A DNA stretch of 63,811 nucleotides, from assembly GCA_002633005.1 (NCBI GenBank), contig NMRA01000371.1:303572-367382 (forward strand), given 5' to 3'. The notes under the pieces are model-generated. The model saw only the letters and a list, made by a program, of their open reading frames with translations, did not search any database and had not been told where the DNA came from. The position numbers were made by a program, and so were the translations under genes. Positions 1 to 15,300 of this stretch are shown here, piece after piece. This DNA is from Phoronis australis. Its lineage: Eukaryota; Animalia; Phoronida. Position 1 is the stretch's first letter, and the number at the start of each line of letters is the position of its first letter.

Positions 1-301
1 ATAGATTTCGGAAATAAAATGGTGCAACCAATGGGGATTAGTGGGGGTTGAAAATTTGGTGCAATAGGAGATTACAATCTCATCAAAATAATGCTTCCCA
101 AAAGTCTTGAATTGCTGTTTGGCCAGGGCGTACCGTACTGTTGCCAGAATTCATTCTATGTCCTAAGAGACAAGAGCACCTCTCCTAGCCTAGTCTCGGA
201 ATAGTAAGACAGGTAAATGCTTTTCCTGTGTCGTGAATGTGAGACTTCAGAAGTGTAATTATTGATTTTACATTATCCAATTGTTTCACTTTTTACGTTA
301 G

Positions 302-3300
302 TTGCCACCACATTCACAACTCAGACGTCACTCAATACCTATCTTCGCAATGAACTGCACCTCAAAGGTACCAAGAAGATGTGCTTCGAGGGTGGGTGTG
401 GCTGCTGTGTTGTCACAGCAACATACATTGATCCTGTGACAAAGAAGAGTAGATCACAGGCCATCAATTCGGTAACATGATTTTTCCTTTGCATGTTATT
501 GGCTTGTCAGGGAACAACAGCGTAAAGTATCGTAGACGTACACAACATTTTTATAAAGTGTCATTTCAGTGTAACAATGCTGGTTGATTTAAAATTCTTT
601 GTCCCATCACCGCTTAAGCTTTTTCGTCGTGATAACTGCTTTTGAATGTCTTGCGAGTAGTCGCAGTGATGAAAAGTGATCACGTTGAAGTCGACCATGT
701 ACCATTGGTCCATGAGCTGATTCCAATGTGCCATTGGTCTGTGAGCTGTTTTTGATAATTCCTTAGATAATGTCATCGAAATGAACTGAAATATTAGATT
801 AAGTTAAATGTAATCCGCAGAAAAAAATTGATTGTTAAATAAGACTAGTTGACACTTCTTGTTTTCTAATGGTAATGCTGTGGTCAGAATGAAGTACATA
901 TTTTTGTCTTTTTCATGAACCTCTTTATTCTTACTTTATATAACTTTTCAAGTTGGCTACTTAGTAATAGCCTGAATTTAACTTTAAATTAACCATACCA
1001 TCAACAACGCTTGTTTTGAATTTCTTGTGCAGTGCTTGTGTCCTCTCTATGCCTGTGATGGTTGGGAGATTACCACTATTGAGGGCCTTGGTAATCACAA
1101 GACTGGATTTCACGCCATTCAAGAAAGACTCGCTGATAATAATGGAAGTCAATGTGGATACTGTAGTCCTGGCATGGTCATGAATATGTATGGGTCAGTA
1201 TTCTGCTGAAGGTTGTCACACTTTTCAACTGCACATTGTCTGTGGGCTGATTGGAACAGTGTGTAATTGTGCCAGCCTTGGTAACCTGCAATGTTGCAAA
1301 GGTCAACAGGCTATCTGCTTTCTATTTTCATCTAATTGAGCTAAGTAAAGTTTTTGTAAATTTAATAAAAAATGTAGTAGTGTTGTGTTTTTAGTTATGA
1401 CCGTGTTTCAAAATTGGGGATCTACTTTCAGGTTTTTACAAAATCATCCTACCGCTACAAAGCAAGGTATAGAAGATGCCTTTGATGGAAATATATGTCG
1501 CTGTACAGGTATTTTTCTACTTTTCTAGTTTACGCTCTCGTATGTATGTATGTCTGTGTGACTGTGTGTCTGCATGTCTGCATGTGTGTGTAATACAAAT
1601 AAACAAGAATTGGTTGCATTGTATCGGACATTGACACCATTCTACCATTGAGTTCTTAATGTCGAATAAGTAATTACTTTCAATATCAATATTTTCTTTG
1701 TCAAGATCCCTTATGAAAATTCATCATGTTGCATTTTTTTAATGTTGCGCACCTGTGTTCAGTTTTTGTAAACTAAGGTTTCTGGGTGTTGATTCATATT
1801 CATTTGAGGTTGTGTATTCTTCTTGTCATAAATGAAACAATATTCTTTAGGATTTCGACCCATTTTGGATGCCATGAAATCTTTTGGGCAGGATGCAGTT
1901 CAGACTGATATTGGCGCACCTGTTGATATTGAGGTATGATTTAATATCATGTGGACTGTGTAGTAAGTGCAGTTCAGCCTGATCTTGGCACACCTGTTGA
2001 TATTGAAGTATGATTTAATATCATGTGTACTGTGTAGTAAATGAATTCGGAGTCAAAGCAAGGAGTGGTAGTGGTAAAGTCTTAATCCTTGGGTGTATTG
2101 ATGTTTGTAAGATATTAAAGCATTGAGCTATGCATTATCTAAATTTGAGGCTGCTTAAATTCATATTTTACAATTGAGCAGCAGATCCCCTTTGGAGATT
2201 CTTGTATTGATGTGAAATTCATTTTACTGCAGATTACTACAGGTCACTCATCATATTTTGTCTCAAAATTCTTGTCTTGCAAACAGGTACATTCTTTGGT
2301 TCAAAAAAGGTGTGCCATTTTTTTTCAAAATAAACGCAAGGTCTTCAATTACACTTTTAATTGATAGGCATAAGAGAGGTTGCATTTTAACATACTTGGC
2401 AAGACTTCAGTGCATTTCAGCACTGAGCACTAATGGCTTTTATGCAGGTCATATTCATGATGTTTCAGTTATTTGATGTTGCCATGACATTGGTTTGTTC
2501 CACCATCTGCTGCTGACCATGATTACATCATTATTCTCACTATTTCTGTCCAGGAGATCATCAAGCTGCCATGTAAGAAGGGTAAAGACTGTTGCGGGGG
2601 ATGTCATAAAAACAGTTTGGATAACCCAGGTGCCGGAAAACTGGAAGCTGCTCGTCTCTCTCTAAAACAGGGTGACACCTGGTATCAGCCAGTAAAACTG
2701 AGTGATGTCTATGCACTCATTAAATCCAACTTGACCACTGGCTACCGCCTTGTTGCTGGCAATACAAGTATCGGTGTGTACAAGGGTGACCCGAAGTCTG
2801 CTCCTGCCATGATAGACATCCTACGTGTGCCTGAGTTGAAAGCCATGACTGTATGTATTCAGCCTACTTTTGTTCAATTATCTTCAATGTTGATATAACA
2901 CCAAGCTCCAACTTACTAGTGTCTGATGTCTTAGGACCCAACGAGTACATGTTATTTGTCTTTCTCCACAAATAAATTGTTTTCAAAATATTTTCTTTTT
3001 CATAGATTGAGAGTTAGTCACTTGTCAAATTAAATTTTTGGTTATGCAGCAATTTCAAGTTGCTTTTCAAATTTCAATCCCGAGAAGATTTGAGCTTGAA
3101 ATGTAATTGATGTTATTTCATTTAAGCTTCATGTTGCATTTTGATTGCAGGTCACTGACACATTTCTCATGGTTGGGGGCGCTGTAACCTTGACTGACTT
3201 AATTACTGAGCTGAAATCTTTGACAAAAGACAGTGGCTTTGGCTACTTGACTCAACCAATCAGCACGCTGATGAAGGTGGCCAACTTGCCTGTTAGAAAT

Positions 3301-6300
3301 GTAAGCTTATGATAGTATGAGTCTTCTGCAGTTGTTAGGCAGTACGTTGTAGGTCAAAGGAGTTTTAATAATGCTGTAGGTCAAATAGTTTAAAGGTTGT
3401 TAAACCTTTGCTTTTTCCATTTTGATTGTTTTTAATGCTTGATACAAAGTTTTAAAACTTTTCAACCAACATGTGTAGGTGTAACTGGTTCAATTAATTG
3501 TGACAAGAGTAGTCAGTCTTGCGACCATGTCTGTCACATGTCCTGTATTTCCAGTAATTAACAAGTCTGGTATACTGAGTTCTGCATCTAGATCATTGAG
3601 AGCTAAATATTCTACTTTCTAAAGAACTTACAATTCTACATGTCACTTATGACAGTATGTTGTACATACATATAGCAATCGTGCTGCAAACATCATGGTT
3701 GATCACCTGGCACCAGGATTGGGAACGTGTGAGGTAAAAGGGTCCCGCAAAATGCCAGAGTAAGGCCAAGCTAGGGGAGGCAGTAACTTAAATGTTGTTG
3801 ACCTCAGCCATTGTTCGGGTTTCTTGTTTAAATATCAGTAACTCAATGTTTTTGTTAATAAATTACCCACGCAAAAAATCCTTGGCAAGTTAGCTGTTTG
3901 TTTGTTTCCACTTCCAGTTTCTTCCACAATGGCCGCCGTGCATTCTACCTTGTGGTCCACTTTCTGTTCACCTTGTTACTGTCTTTCCTCTTGTAGTACA
4001 AGGTTGTGTCACTCCTATTTCTTTGTTGACTCACTCGGCTCCAGTGGAGGTTTCTCTTGCTTTATGTGTTGGCACAAATTTTCCAGTACTGCCAGCTAGA
4101 TCCCAAGCAGTCATGCTGATAAGCTTTGAGCAGTGGTTGTTGAAAAGCGATGAATGAACACATATAAACTCATGCACTCAACAGAGTACAAGTTGAGGTC
4201 ATTGGCTTTTGATTATTGTTAGAGAATACAAGCACATGCTGTTTTCGGGATTATTTGTACCCAAATTGAAAATTTTAAATCTTTTCGATGTGTGACATAC
4301 ATACTTAGACAGACACATACCATGCTTCAAATGAGGAAGAAATGACCAAGTATCATTTTAAGACATCTATACAGTGCAAATTGTGTTATTAGTGAAACAA
4401 AAGTTTCTTAATATTCATTTTTGTTTGGAAGTAAATTTGACAAAACAACATTCCCAGTCATGTTAGTTTTGTATATATTTCACTTTTAATTCACGTATTT
4501 GATTTTCACTTCAGGTTGCAACTTGGGCAGGTAACCTGATGATGAAACACAAACACCCGGAGTTCCCATCTGACCTTTTCTGTTTCCTAGCAACAATAGG
4601 AGCTGCTGTAACTATAGGTATATGGCTGTTCACTTGGAGTACTGTTTGACTTTGCTGGCCGCATAACTGTACTTTGGCTGTTTTGAGCTCACAAGTTATA
4701 GTTAAAGTTGCCGTGGTTATCTGACTAAGAACGAAAATTGAAGTAAGGCTTTTGCTCAAACATAAAATTGATGTGGTGATATTCAGTGAAAGGATACCAT
4801 TTCAGTCACCAAATCGAGTCAGAAGTAATTGTGCCATTTTTGAATTCGCAATTTTGGGGCTGTCCATGCCCTAATAATTGCTGAAGAATTTTCTTGAGTC
4901 ACCTGTTGGTTACAATGTTCTTGTTGATAACAAGAATTAGGGTAAGGAATAAGTATTGAATGATCTTATGAGAGTAGAAATCACAATTTGGTGATTTGTT
5001 CTTTAGCCAGCTAAACGATCAGCTTTTATTTTTTAATTTCATTTTATTCAGCTTTCTAAAGTACTTATTATGAGGACCCTATTGGGGAACATTATTGTAG
5101 TACAGAATGTTTTTATCCTGAATAAAATGGTTGACTTGGCTTTTCAACTACCACTCTGATAATCTGTAACAGTTCTTTTTGTGGTGTCCAACAATTGCTT
5201 ACTTTGTACACATTGAACACTGATTTGTGATAAAATTTAATAAGTACAGTTTAGTAATTTGTTGTATAGTAAGCTAAGTGCTGGATATCAGTATTCGTAA
5301 CATACTGTATACAGTACAAGGCTGCTATGACCTAAATTTGGTTTACTTCCAAATTATTGTACATGTTACATCTCTGTAAAGATTCTAGAATGACTTGTTC
5401 ATGGTTTTTCAGTTGATGACAACGGTCTTTCTCAGACCATGAGCCTAGAGACATTTCTCAGCACAGATATGACAGGAAAAGTGATCACAAGCTGCCGTGT
5501 GTCTAAGAACACTTCCTCACAGCTGGTTGTAAGAACGTACAAGGTCATGTCAAGGTCGGAGGTAGGTTTGAAAAACTGCATGCCTTCGTTCTAGTAGTTG
5601 TCCCAGATGCTTGTACTCATTACTAATTATTGTAATTCTTCATGGCGCACAATATGGCCAATGACTTGTCAAATTTCTACACAAAAGTAAAGCTTATTAA
5701 GAAATTTTTGGTCTAAATAAGCGGAGATCTATTGTATCAGGTTATTAAAGTTCAATAGTGTACTCAGGTTAGTATCACCCATGAAACCTGTCGTGTGTCT
5801 AGATGATTGGTTTGACCTGACAGTGACCTATAGTGGTAGGATGCAAAGTATTCTGTAGTTTCCTGATTTTAAATACACCGAAGTTCTGCTATGTATAAAT
5901 TGAAGTTCTTGTGCATGGTTTTCTTTATCAAAGTTTTTTGATTTAGTGACCTGTTACGTTCGTTGTCCCATTGTATTGCCATGGTAATGCAAGTCAAATT
6001 AATTAATTGCTGTAAAATTAACAAGAATTGTAAAACACTGAGATTATATGACAATTGTTTTACGTAATAATTAAATGTTGGTGAAATTCGTGTTTTGAGT
6101 GTCATGTTATTTAATACCTGTATTTATTGAGGGAACATATAAGAATGAATACAAAGACATGCTTTTTCCTTATGCACATAACGCTAAACCCTCGTGAGAG
6201 ACCGCCCCGAGATGGATGCTGGAGCAACTCGGGGCGGTCTGGGATCAAGCGGAAAAACCACAGGGTAAATCTGTGGTCGACGAATCTATGCGGTCGATTA

Positions 6301-9300
6301 CATTTTATTGCCCGTGAAGCCGCTAAGGGCTGCCTGAAGAAATATGACTCGCGCGTTTGTNNNNNNNNNNNNNNNNNNNNNNNNNNNNNNNNNNNNNNNN
6401 NNNNNAGATTGGAGAAGGTATGATTCAGTCACTGCAAACAGAACAAAATGAATGTTATAAAATATTATATCACTTTAAGTATTATGTCAGTTATTGAAGT
6501 TGGCTTGTTTCTTTGTAGAATAGTCATGCAGTTGTAAATGCTGGGTTGAGACTGGTTGTGGACAAACCCAATAACTACAATGTTGTCGACTTGAAGATTT
6601 ACTTTGGTGGTATCAACACTTCATTTGTAAGTACTTTTCACAGTCTTCTTCATTTGTAAAACATGGGGCATTCATCATGCAATGATCGTGTGTGCATCTA
6701 CTCTTTTTTGTGTTCAGGCATGCTTTTATTTGAATGATTGGATACCAGGTAGTGCTGACATCTGTAGGATACATTGTATGATTTTAAACTGTTATAAACC
6801 TTTGTCTGCTCTCAAATACGACTTTCTTACTGAGTTTGAAACAACTTTCTTCCACAGCAACATCATGGTTTTCCTTACCTTTGCTTGAATTTAAATTGGT
6901 TACAATGAAACCCTTGGAATTCTGATGGCTGTACTGTTTTGTTTGCTGAATCTAACTGCTCTGAGAAACTTCATGAGCCTGGTCTGAAGCAATAATGAAT
7001 TAATAAATTCTCAGTTCTTAAGCTTTGAAATCATTTCTAATTTGAGTAAGGAACAAGACGAGGATGATTTATGCCAAAATATTACTAGCCTAAATCAAAT
7101 TTTGTTTGTATGTGAGGGAAGGCTTGAATTTATTGTCCATCTTGATAAATAATTTTCCCCTTAGTATAACATCACCTGAGAAGAAAATTATCAATGCTTT
7201 TATTCAGGCATATTTCATATGTTTGAAATCTTCCCATAATTCCATCCAAACATAGATCATTCTGAGCACCAGCATGTAAAAAAGGCCATCAGTCTTGACA
7301 GTATTGATCCACCCATCCATGGATTGCATTTTGCTTTTGAGTTAATTGATCTGTTTCATGTTCGCAAGAAATCTTGTCCTTTTCATTGGCACCATACTTG
7401 TGAGTATGACCTTTACGTGTCTTTGTGTAGGTGCGTGCAACAATGACAGAGAAGTACTTGATTGGCAAGTCTCTTTCTGACAACCAAGTCTTGCAGGGTG
7501 CACTGTCTGCATTGAGGTCAGAGGTGAAGCCAGACAAGAGTGGAGGACTGACATCCCCTGAGTACCGTCTCAGTCTTGTGCTCTCCTTGTTCTACAGAGT
7601 GAGTGTGCTTTGAAACTTGTAAGTATTATACTGAAAGACTCACACACAATCCCACTGTGAGTGTCTATTTTCTATTTCTGCATGTGATTTAAGCACTGCT
7701 TTCTGTGGAATTTTTGGTTATAATTGTCTGACCCAGTCTCTTTTAATTGTGAATACCCTAAAAGTTGACTAAGGAGAGTTGTGGTTTTTAAACAATAGGT
7801 TTAAGTTGCACTAGATTATATTTGTGGCAGTAAATATCTCAGTTGATCGGGAATTGATTGGAATTTCATTCTATGAATTATCGTCTCTTGTGTTCCAGTT
7901 TGTTCTTGATGCCTGTGGTGACATAGTGGCTGACCAATACAAAGGTGGCGCGTCGGGCATTCACCGACCTTTGTCGTCAGGACAACAGGTGTTTGATACC
8001 CATCCTGAGAAGTACCCAGTTTCAAAACCCACTCCAAAAGTTGCAAGCAGACTACAGGTGAGCACGTTATCTCACCGCAAGGTGGGTAAAAACACCAGCA
8101 AATGTGGTGCTTTGCACTTGTGATCGTGTGTTGTCGGAATGAAGCTTTGTTGATGTTAACGTTTCCAATGGTAATTTAAAATTGAGTGTAGATGTTAGGT
8201 GAAAACTAAGGTGACTAATTATAACACAATAACGCAGCATAATGAAAATACAGAGGTTGAGTTAACAAGCGGGAAAAGGAACACTTGTGTCATACTTCTC
8301 ATGTCACAGTCGATGTAATGAGTAGTTCCAAATGTGGTTTATTATAAATTATATTTTTGAAATTGTTATACTCTGTTATAGACTGCGGGTGAGGCTGAGT
8401 ATGTGAGCGACATGGTCCTACAGCACAATGAAGTCTACGCCAAGTTTGTAGTCAGTACTGTGGCTAATGCAGAGCTGGTTACGATCGACGCTTCACAAGC
8501 CTTGGTATGGCTTACTCATGTTTTTTTTTCTCTTTTGTGATATCAAAGTGAACCTTTATGGTAGAATCATATTATTGTGTGCAACAATAGCATTATACGG
8601 ATTGTCTCTCATGAGCTGTGTGATTTTAGCGCATACATGCATAGATCTCTAGCAATCCTTCCTATTGTCCTTCAGTTGATCTAAGTTGCACGTAATATGC
8701 CACTTTGAGACTGTCTGAACAGAAACCATTTAGTTACTAACCTAACAGTACAAGCCAATAGTATCAGACAAAGTGAATCTTGGAATATCCGTCATACTGC
8801 TGGGAGGAAGCCGAATTCATTGTTAGAGTAGTCTTCCCTCATCACTAAAAAATGAAAAGGAATTGAGTGTTAAGATAACAAGGCTGCTAAGCCATTCATT
8901 ACCATTTTGACATTGTAATAGTTATTAGTTATTACCAATAATTTTTGCTTTGACCAAATTAGTCCTCATGAGGGGAAAACAGTATTTTGTCTTATTAGTT
9001 TGTCTTGTTCTGTACATCAGTCATTATTGAAACGGTCACTAGGGTGTATCTTTGAATTCAAATCACTGTTCTGTTGTTTCAGTTGAAACTAATTGTGTTT
9101 TAAGGTCTTTGCTTTTTATTTATTTGCATCTTTCAATTGGTGACATGCGGATTGTATTGTGTACCATTTAAAGGTTTTGTATTGTTGATTTTCTTGCAGA
9201 AAATTCCTGGCGTACTGGCGGTACTCACATACAAAGACATCCCTGGCACCAACAACTTCATGCATATGTCTGGCACTGGTGTGGAAGAAGTGTTGTGTTC

Positions 9301-12300
9301 TGGAAAGGTTCTCTACGCTGGCCAACCACTGGCAATTCTGGTCACAGGTAAACTGACTGTCAAAAATTGAACTTTGGGAAATGGGTTTTGCATTGCAGAT
9401 GTAATGAAGTGTATTTTGCTGACCATAGCAACATGTACTGATGTTTGCATTATTGTGCTAAAATTCTGCGACTCGTATAACCAGTTTTACAACTTAAACT
9501 TTTTAGTGCTTTACAACAAATGGTGTTCCGAGTGTTAATTTTTATATGGTCCTAACAATGGGCTTGATCAGACTGCTATTTCATTATCGTTTGAAACCAC
9601 CAGAAATTATTGCAAGTTATGCAATGTACAAGCCAGTAAATAGTTATGCTCATGTATTGGTAGCAAGACATCTATCATCCTGGTGATCTTAACAGAAAAA
9701 GAGAGATTTTTAAATGTGCATACAGATGTATGTATATACCATCAGTCCACTGATGCACTGAGACAGATCTTGGTGTCGTGTACGGGGAAAATGCAGTTCA
9801 ACTACGCAGAAGTGGCTCAGCAGAACAGATAGATATAACGAGGCTGTGTCCAACTAGTTGTGTTGTAAGGACTGCCATACACATAGAGCATGAGCCAATC
9901 TGTGTCAAACTGAACTAAATGTTAATATGGACTAATGCTGATTCTAGAACATTATGTACACTGCAGATGGCAAAACAGACTGCCGTAAAAGGAACTGAAA
10001 AGAACATATTAAGGCTTTAAGACGTAATAAAATAATCAACCAATCAAATTAGATATGCGTATTAGGGATACAATAAGCTCACAAACAGGAAAGTTTACGA
10101 GGCACTTCCTGTGAGAGAATGGGAGTAGTCAATGAGTGAAAGTTACATGTTCTAAGATCACTTTATCAGAATGTGGCTAAAATACACAAATGCATTCTGC
10201 TACACATGGATCACTGAACCATGGACGGCTAGTTACAATTGTTACTTTAAAGCGTTTCTTTGCATTAGTGTAATATTATTTCAGAGACTGAAGAATTGGG
10301 CTACAGTGCCGTTGATCTGGTGAAAGTGACATACAAGAATATGCAGACTCCAATACTCAGCATTGATCAGGCTATTGCTGCTAGCTCCTACTTTGACGTC
10401 GATCCAAGTGCCACGCTCAAAGTCGGAGATGCTGAAGGTACAATTTCAGAACATACTGCAGGTTGCTCTAAGAAATTCATCATTTCTGAAATCTTATAGT
10501 CAATGCACACCAGCCCCAGGTGATAAGTGCAATGGGCAACCTGAGCGGCCTGTGCGCGTCTGGTACAACGTGTACCAGACTGCCTGCAATTTGTTTAAAG
10601 CAGCCCCTCGCCTATTTACATGGGCCCAACGTTTCAGTTGGTCATTTCTTTGACTGAAAAGTCAGGCCAATGTAAGTAGGCTAGAAATAGGTGAAAATAA
10701 AGGAATAGTTTTTAGAACTATTCAGCCGAGTTTTTACTGTCATGTAGTCGGGAGATTGTGTACTACGTGTTTGTCAGACTTCGCTCACAAGTTTGTCATG
10801 GTGCAGACACTGTGTACCACGTGTTTGTCAAACTATGCTCACAAGTTTGTCATGGTGCAGACTTTGTGTTAAGTCTGTATTTGTTCACTTTTTATGCTTA
10901 AACATGAAATCAAGGCTCAAAACATTTCAAAGTTTACTTAAACTTAAACTTTCATTGTCACGATAACACTGGACAGATTTCAATATCTGATACAATTGAC
11001 AGATGATTGGCGATTTAAGTTGAAACAATCAAATTTTGGAAAACCTAGCTGGCCTTTTAATTTTTTGGGTTCTTTTTGTCTCATAAGGCTGTGTGTGGTC
11101 TTAATGGCACAAGAAACAATTGAGGAATATTAATTGAGACTCATTTTGTAGGGGTACCTGACCAAGATTTGATTTTTCAACAGAAAATGAGAGGAACAAA
11201 ATGTTATATGTCCTTCCTATTACCTCTAGTTTTTATCATGCGTTCCAGTTTGCCATCAATTTTTTGGAGTCAGTTAGACCCACTGATTGCTAATTATTAT
11301 CTTGTTGAACTGAATTTCATCACTTGTGTTATGTGCGTAAGCAATGAAGCTGTGCTGTTCAGTTTGTTCTTTCCTTAATCTGTTTGTTAACATTTTTGTT
11401 GGACTATCGTAACTTTATGTTATTTTGTTACAACTGTTCATTTTTGATAGTCAATAAAACTACTACTACTACTACTAGGCATTTCCGTTGTCGGCCATAT
11501 TGTGTGCTATAAAATGAAGAATTGCTGTAAGCAGTTTGATTTCTCCAACACCATCTCACATGTATTCCAGGTGCCATCAGCATGTCTACCAACACAGTTA
11601 GTGGAAAGGTGTATCTGGGAGGCCAGTACCACTTTCACATGGAGACACAGGTGGGTCTTGCCTGTGGCACACTTTATTGTTGAACTTATTTGTCTCTGGT
11701 CTTTGATGTTTGTTTGAAATGCAATCTCTAACACTGCAGCAGTTGTCCTTTACTTTTCTAAGCTTCTGCTAAGTTTCAATATTCATCTAGTTAACTACTT
11801 GGAATGCCAAAAAGAGAATTTTATTATACGGTAAAGAAACAAACCCTTTCTTAGTGCTTTCAATGTGACTTAAAGATATGGCCTGCTTTAAACAGGCAGA
11901 GAATAGCAATGGTAATTTTTCGTCTTCAAAATGCGTGAGCAAAGTGCAAATTTACAGGTAAAGCACTTATTACTCTGCGCGTGCAAGCGCAGAGTACTGT
12001 TGTTCCCGGGTTTTTCTTCAATGTTATTCTTCTTATTCGTATTCTTCTTATTCTTCTTCCGACCAACTTTGATGCTTAATAACTCCAAATTGGGTGCAGG
12101 TACGTTCTTTAAATTCAGCATATAATTTTTTGACAGTACATAAATTTTGATTCGTTACATAATCATATTCCATATTGCACCGGAAGAGGTCGTTTGGTGC
12201 AAAGGTCATATAATTTTCAAAATGCTACTCCTTCAGTTTTAAAGTTATCTTTTTCAAATTCGGTGCACAGGTATAAGTCAAAAAGACAATTTAAAAAGTT

Positions 12301-15300
12301 ACTTTTCGAAATAATCGAATCATCCAATCAGATAAAACAGGTCAAAGGTCATTAGGTGCAAACTAAAATTTTGAGCTAGACAGTTCAAATTCACATGTCT
12401 GATTGGTACATAAAATTCAATTTGAAATACAAAGTGTCAGGTCATTTAGTGCAACCATGGGGTCATTAGGTGCATTTTTCTTCTGGAAATTTGTCCTTTT
12501 CAGTCATCTTGTATTCTGAAGTGCTTAAAGTAAAACATCTGTGATTCTTAGCATTAACCACACTTTTAATCGAGTTAACAATTACTCCTTCATCGGGGCT
12601 CATAATGCACCGGAAGAGGTCAATTAGTGGAAAGGTCATCAAAATATTAACATGTAAATTCTCCTACAATTTTAAAGAATCACTTTTCATATTGGTAAAC
12701 GGGTTGCTGTCAGTAACTTCCCAAAACAATTCCATTATTGTCACGGCATGACAATAATATTTCTAGGTTCAATTTGGGCTACATGAATCGCATCATACCT
12801 TGCAACACAGCATTGTTTGGCCTCTGATAACAAACTTGTGCCGACCATTTTTTGATGAAAGTTGAATTGATGTGTTGGGCATCACTAGAACAGTGAATGC
12901 CAGTTTTATATTTGCCCCGCCCCCCAGTTGCGGGGGGGGGGGGGGAAATTTCCACTGTTTTTGGGAATAGTGTGTCCTGATAATATCTAGCTGGAGAACA
13001 TATGGATGGACTTCAGTGAAACTTGTCACAAACAAGTGTTGACAATGCACCAGCTACAATGCACCACTAAGCTCCAGGTGATTTTGGGTTTCCTCTTTTT
13101 TCATCTCTTTCGTATCATTATTTTGACCTCATGCAAAAAACGTTTCTTGCAGTTATAGTTTACAACACAAAAAATATTTCTATCACATAAGCCTATTTAT
13201 TTGCAGAAAAATAATACATCTGAAAAATTTTCCTCTATTTTGTCATTGATCATTGGACGCCCTGCTCATTACAACACAGTTCTGTTTTGGTGGGCTCTCT
13301 CATTGCTAGTCCTCATCTGCTGTTTTTGATTATTGCTCATTGTGTATTGGTCATTATTGCTCATTGTGTATTGGTCAGGTGTGTCGCGCCATACCCACAG
13401 ATGATGGCCTGCTACTGCACCCCACCACCCAGTGGATAGATGGAGTCCAGCGTGCTGTAGCCCATGTTCTTGGCATGAAGAACAGTCATATACAACTGAC
13501 CCAGCGACGTATTGGTGGGTCATTTGGTGCTCGCATTACGCGTAACCATTTGGTGTCTTGTGCATGCGCCTTGGCTGCCTGCCACACAAACAGGTCTCCA
13601 TTTAAGATCCCTTTAACTGATTGTTCACATTGCTTTGTCTCTGCAGCTTCACATTGTTACTTCCTGTGTGCAGACTAAATTATGATATTGCCTGTGGAGT
13701 AGGCTGGTTGAATGCAGTGTGTACTATAAAGTCAGTGGCATATGTACAATTGTATTATGAATGTAGTGGAAACTTAGCAAAGTTTAAATTTAATAGCAGA
13801 TGGTTTAGTGTTACTTGGACTTTCGTCAGACTAGATTTTGTCCTGTTGCATGTTTTTCAGTAATGGTTGGATATAACATGCCCGAATTTTGAGAACCAAT
13901 TTTCTCCACTGAATAACAAGCATCGAACGGGTTCTCAAAATATGGGCACATATGTCCGTCTATTGCCTGTTTTTCAATAACATATTAAATACATCAGATT
14001 TTTCTTCTGTGATGGTATCTTTATCCAAATTGTAGACCTGTTTACATGAAGTTAGACCTTGAAACCAATATGGTGTCAATTGGAGGCCGGCATCCATTTA
14101 TGATGGATTATCAGGTGACTATAACCTATTTGCAGTTTGTATAGATTCTTGATGGAGTCTTTAGTTGATTCTTACATTATAATTATTTAACGGCCATGAT
14201 AATACTCCTGTCACCAACCACTCGTGCCAACGATTGTTCAGAAATGGGAATGTCTCAGACGGCCAGAGAGTAAGGGCTATTAATAAGTAAAGTGAAAAGA
14301 CACGCGCAGTTTTTTTCATTAAACAAATCATTTCTAACTGAAATGAACTTAATATTCTGTTTTTAATTAATCGTTTGGTCAATCTTGTGTCTAGATTGTA
14401 GTGCTAGTAGTTACAACAGAGCGATTTTGATGAAACTTCAGCAGATTATTCTCGGACTAATTTCCAACACAAACTGATTAAAAAGAAGTTCTAATCTCTG
14501 CTGAAGTATTCAATATATTCCCTCTGTGCAGTAGAGACAAGATTTCTAATTGGTGTGCAGCTCTGTGATGTCAGCCGCCAACTTGTGAACGAGTGTAAGG
14601 TTTGGTCAGTCCACAAACCTCAGGCAATGAGGTGAAACTTACAATTTTAGAAAATACTCGACGAAAAATTAATTTTGTAAAAAAGGTAGACAGTTACCGT
14701 AAGTTATGAAAAAAGTTGAATTTTCATTTTCCTAACTCTGTTTCTCTTCAATTCAGGTTGGCTTTACAAAAGATGGAAAACTGAATGGAATAAAGATGAC
14801 TGCGTACGAAGATTCAGGATGTTCGTCAAATGACAGCATGGTCACGCTATTTAAATATTGGATTGATAATGGTAGGGAGTCGAGTGTTTGATACAGCTAT
14901 TATTGTTGTGAAATGATTATATCAAAATGATAACAGGGGCCTTTCCACTGATTGAAGAACCTAATTTGTGACTAAAAAAGTTATACATTTTTGCAACAGT
15001 TGTGGCAGTTAGAATTAACCAGTTACAACTGTTCTCTGATATTGATAACAGGTTTACTGAGATTTATTTTTAAGTATTGGTACTTATTAAAAAGGTTGTT
15101 AAGTTCTGACTTTTTAATTAAACAGGTACCAGATCCTTACAACTTGAGGTGTGGTAATGTAGTTACCATATTATCAACTATATTCATGAGCTGAAGTCTG
15201 TTGTGTTACCTCCAGAAAAAAATCTGATGAATAGTGTAGCAGAGGCTGTGCATCCTTTCACAAAGCACTTGTTTGCTCCACGCACTCTGATAACCCAGGT

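Noticed and set aside
2554-2620. Cys-rich [15 protein letters not shown] segment as a novel metal site
   Set aside because: Cys-rich linkers between the Fe-S and FAD domains are common in eukaryotic XDH/AOX proteins.
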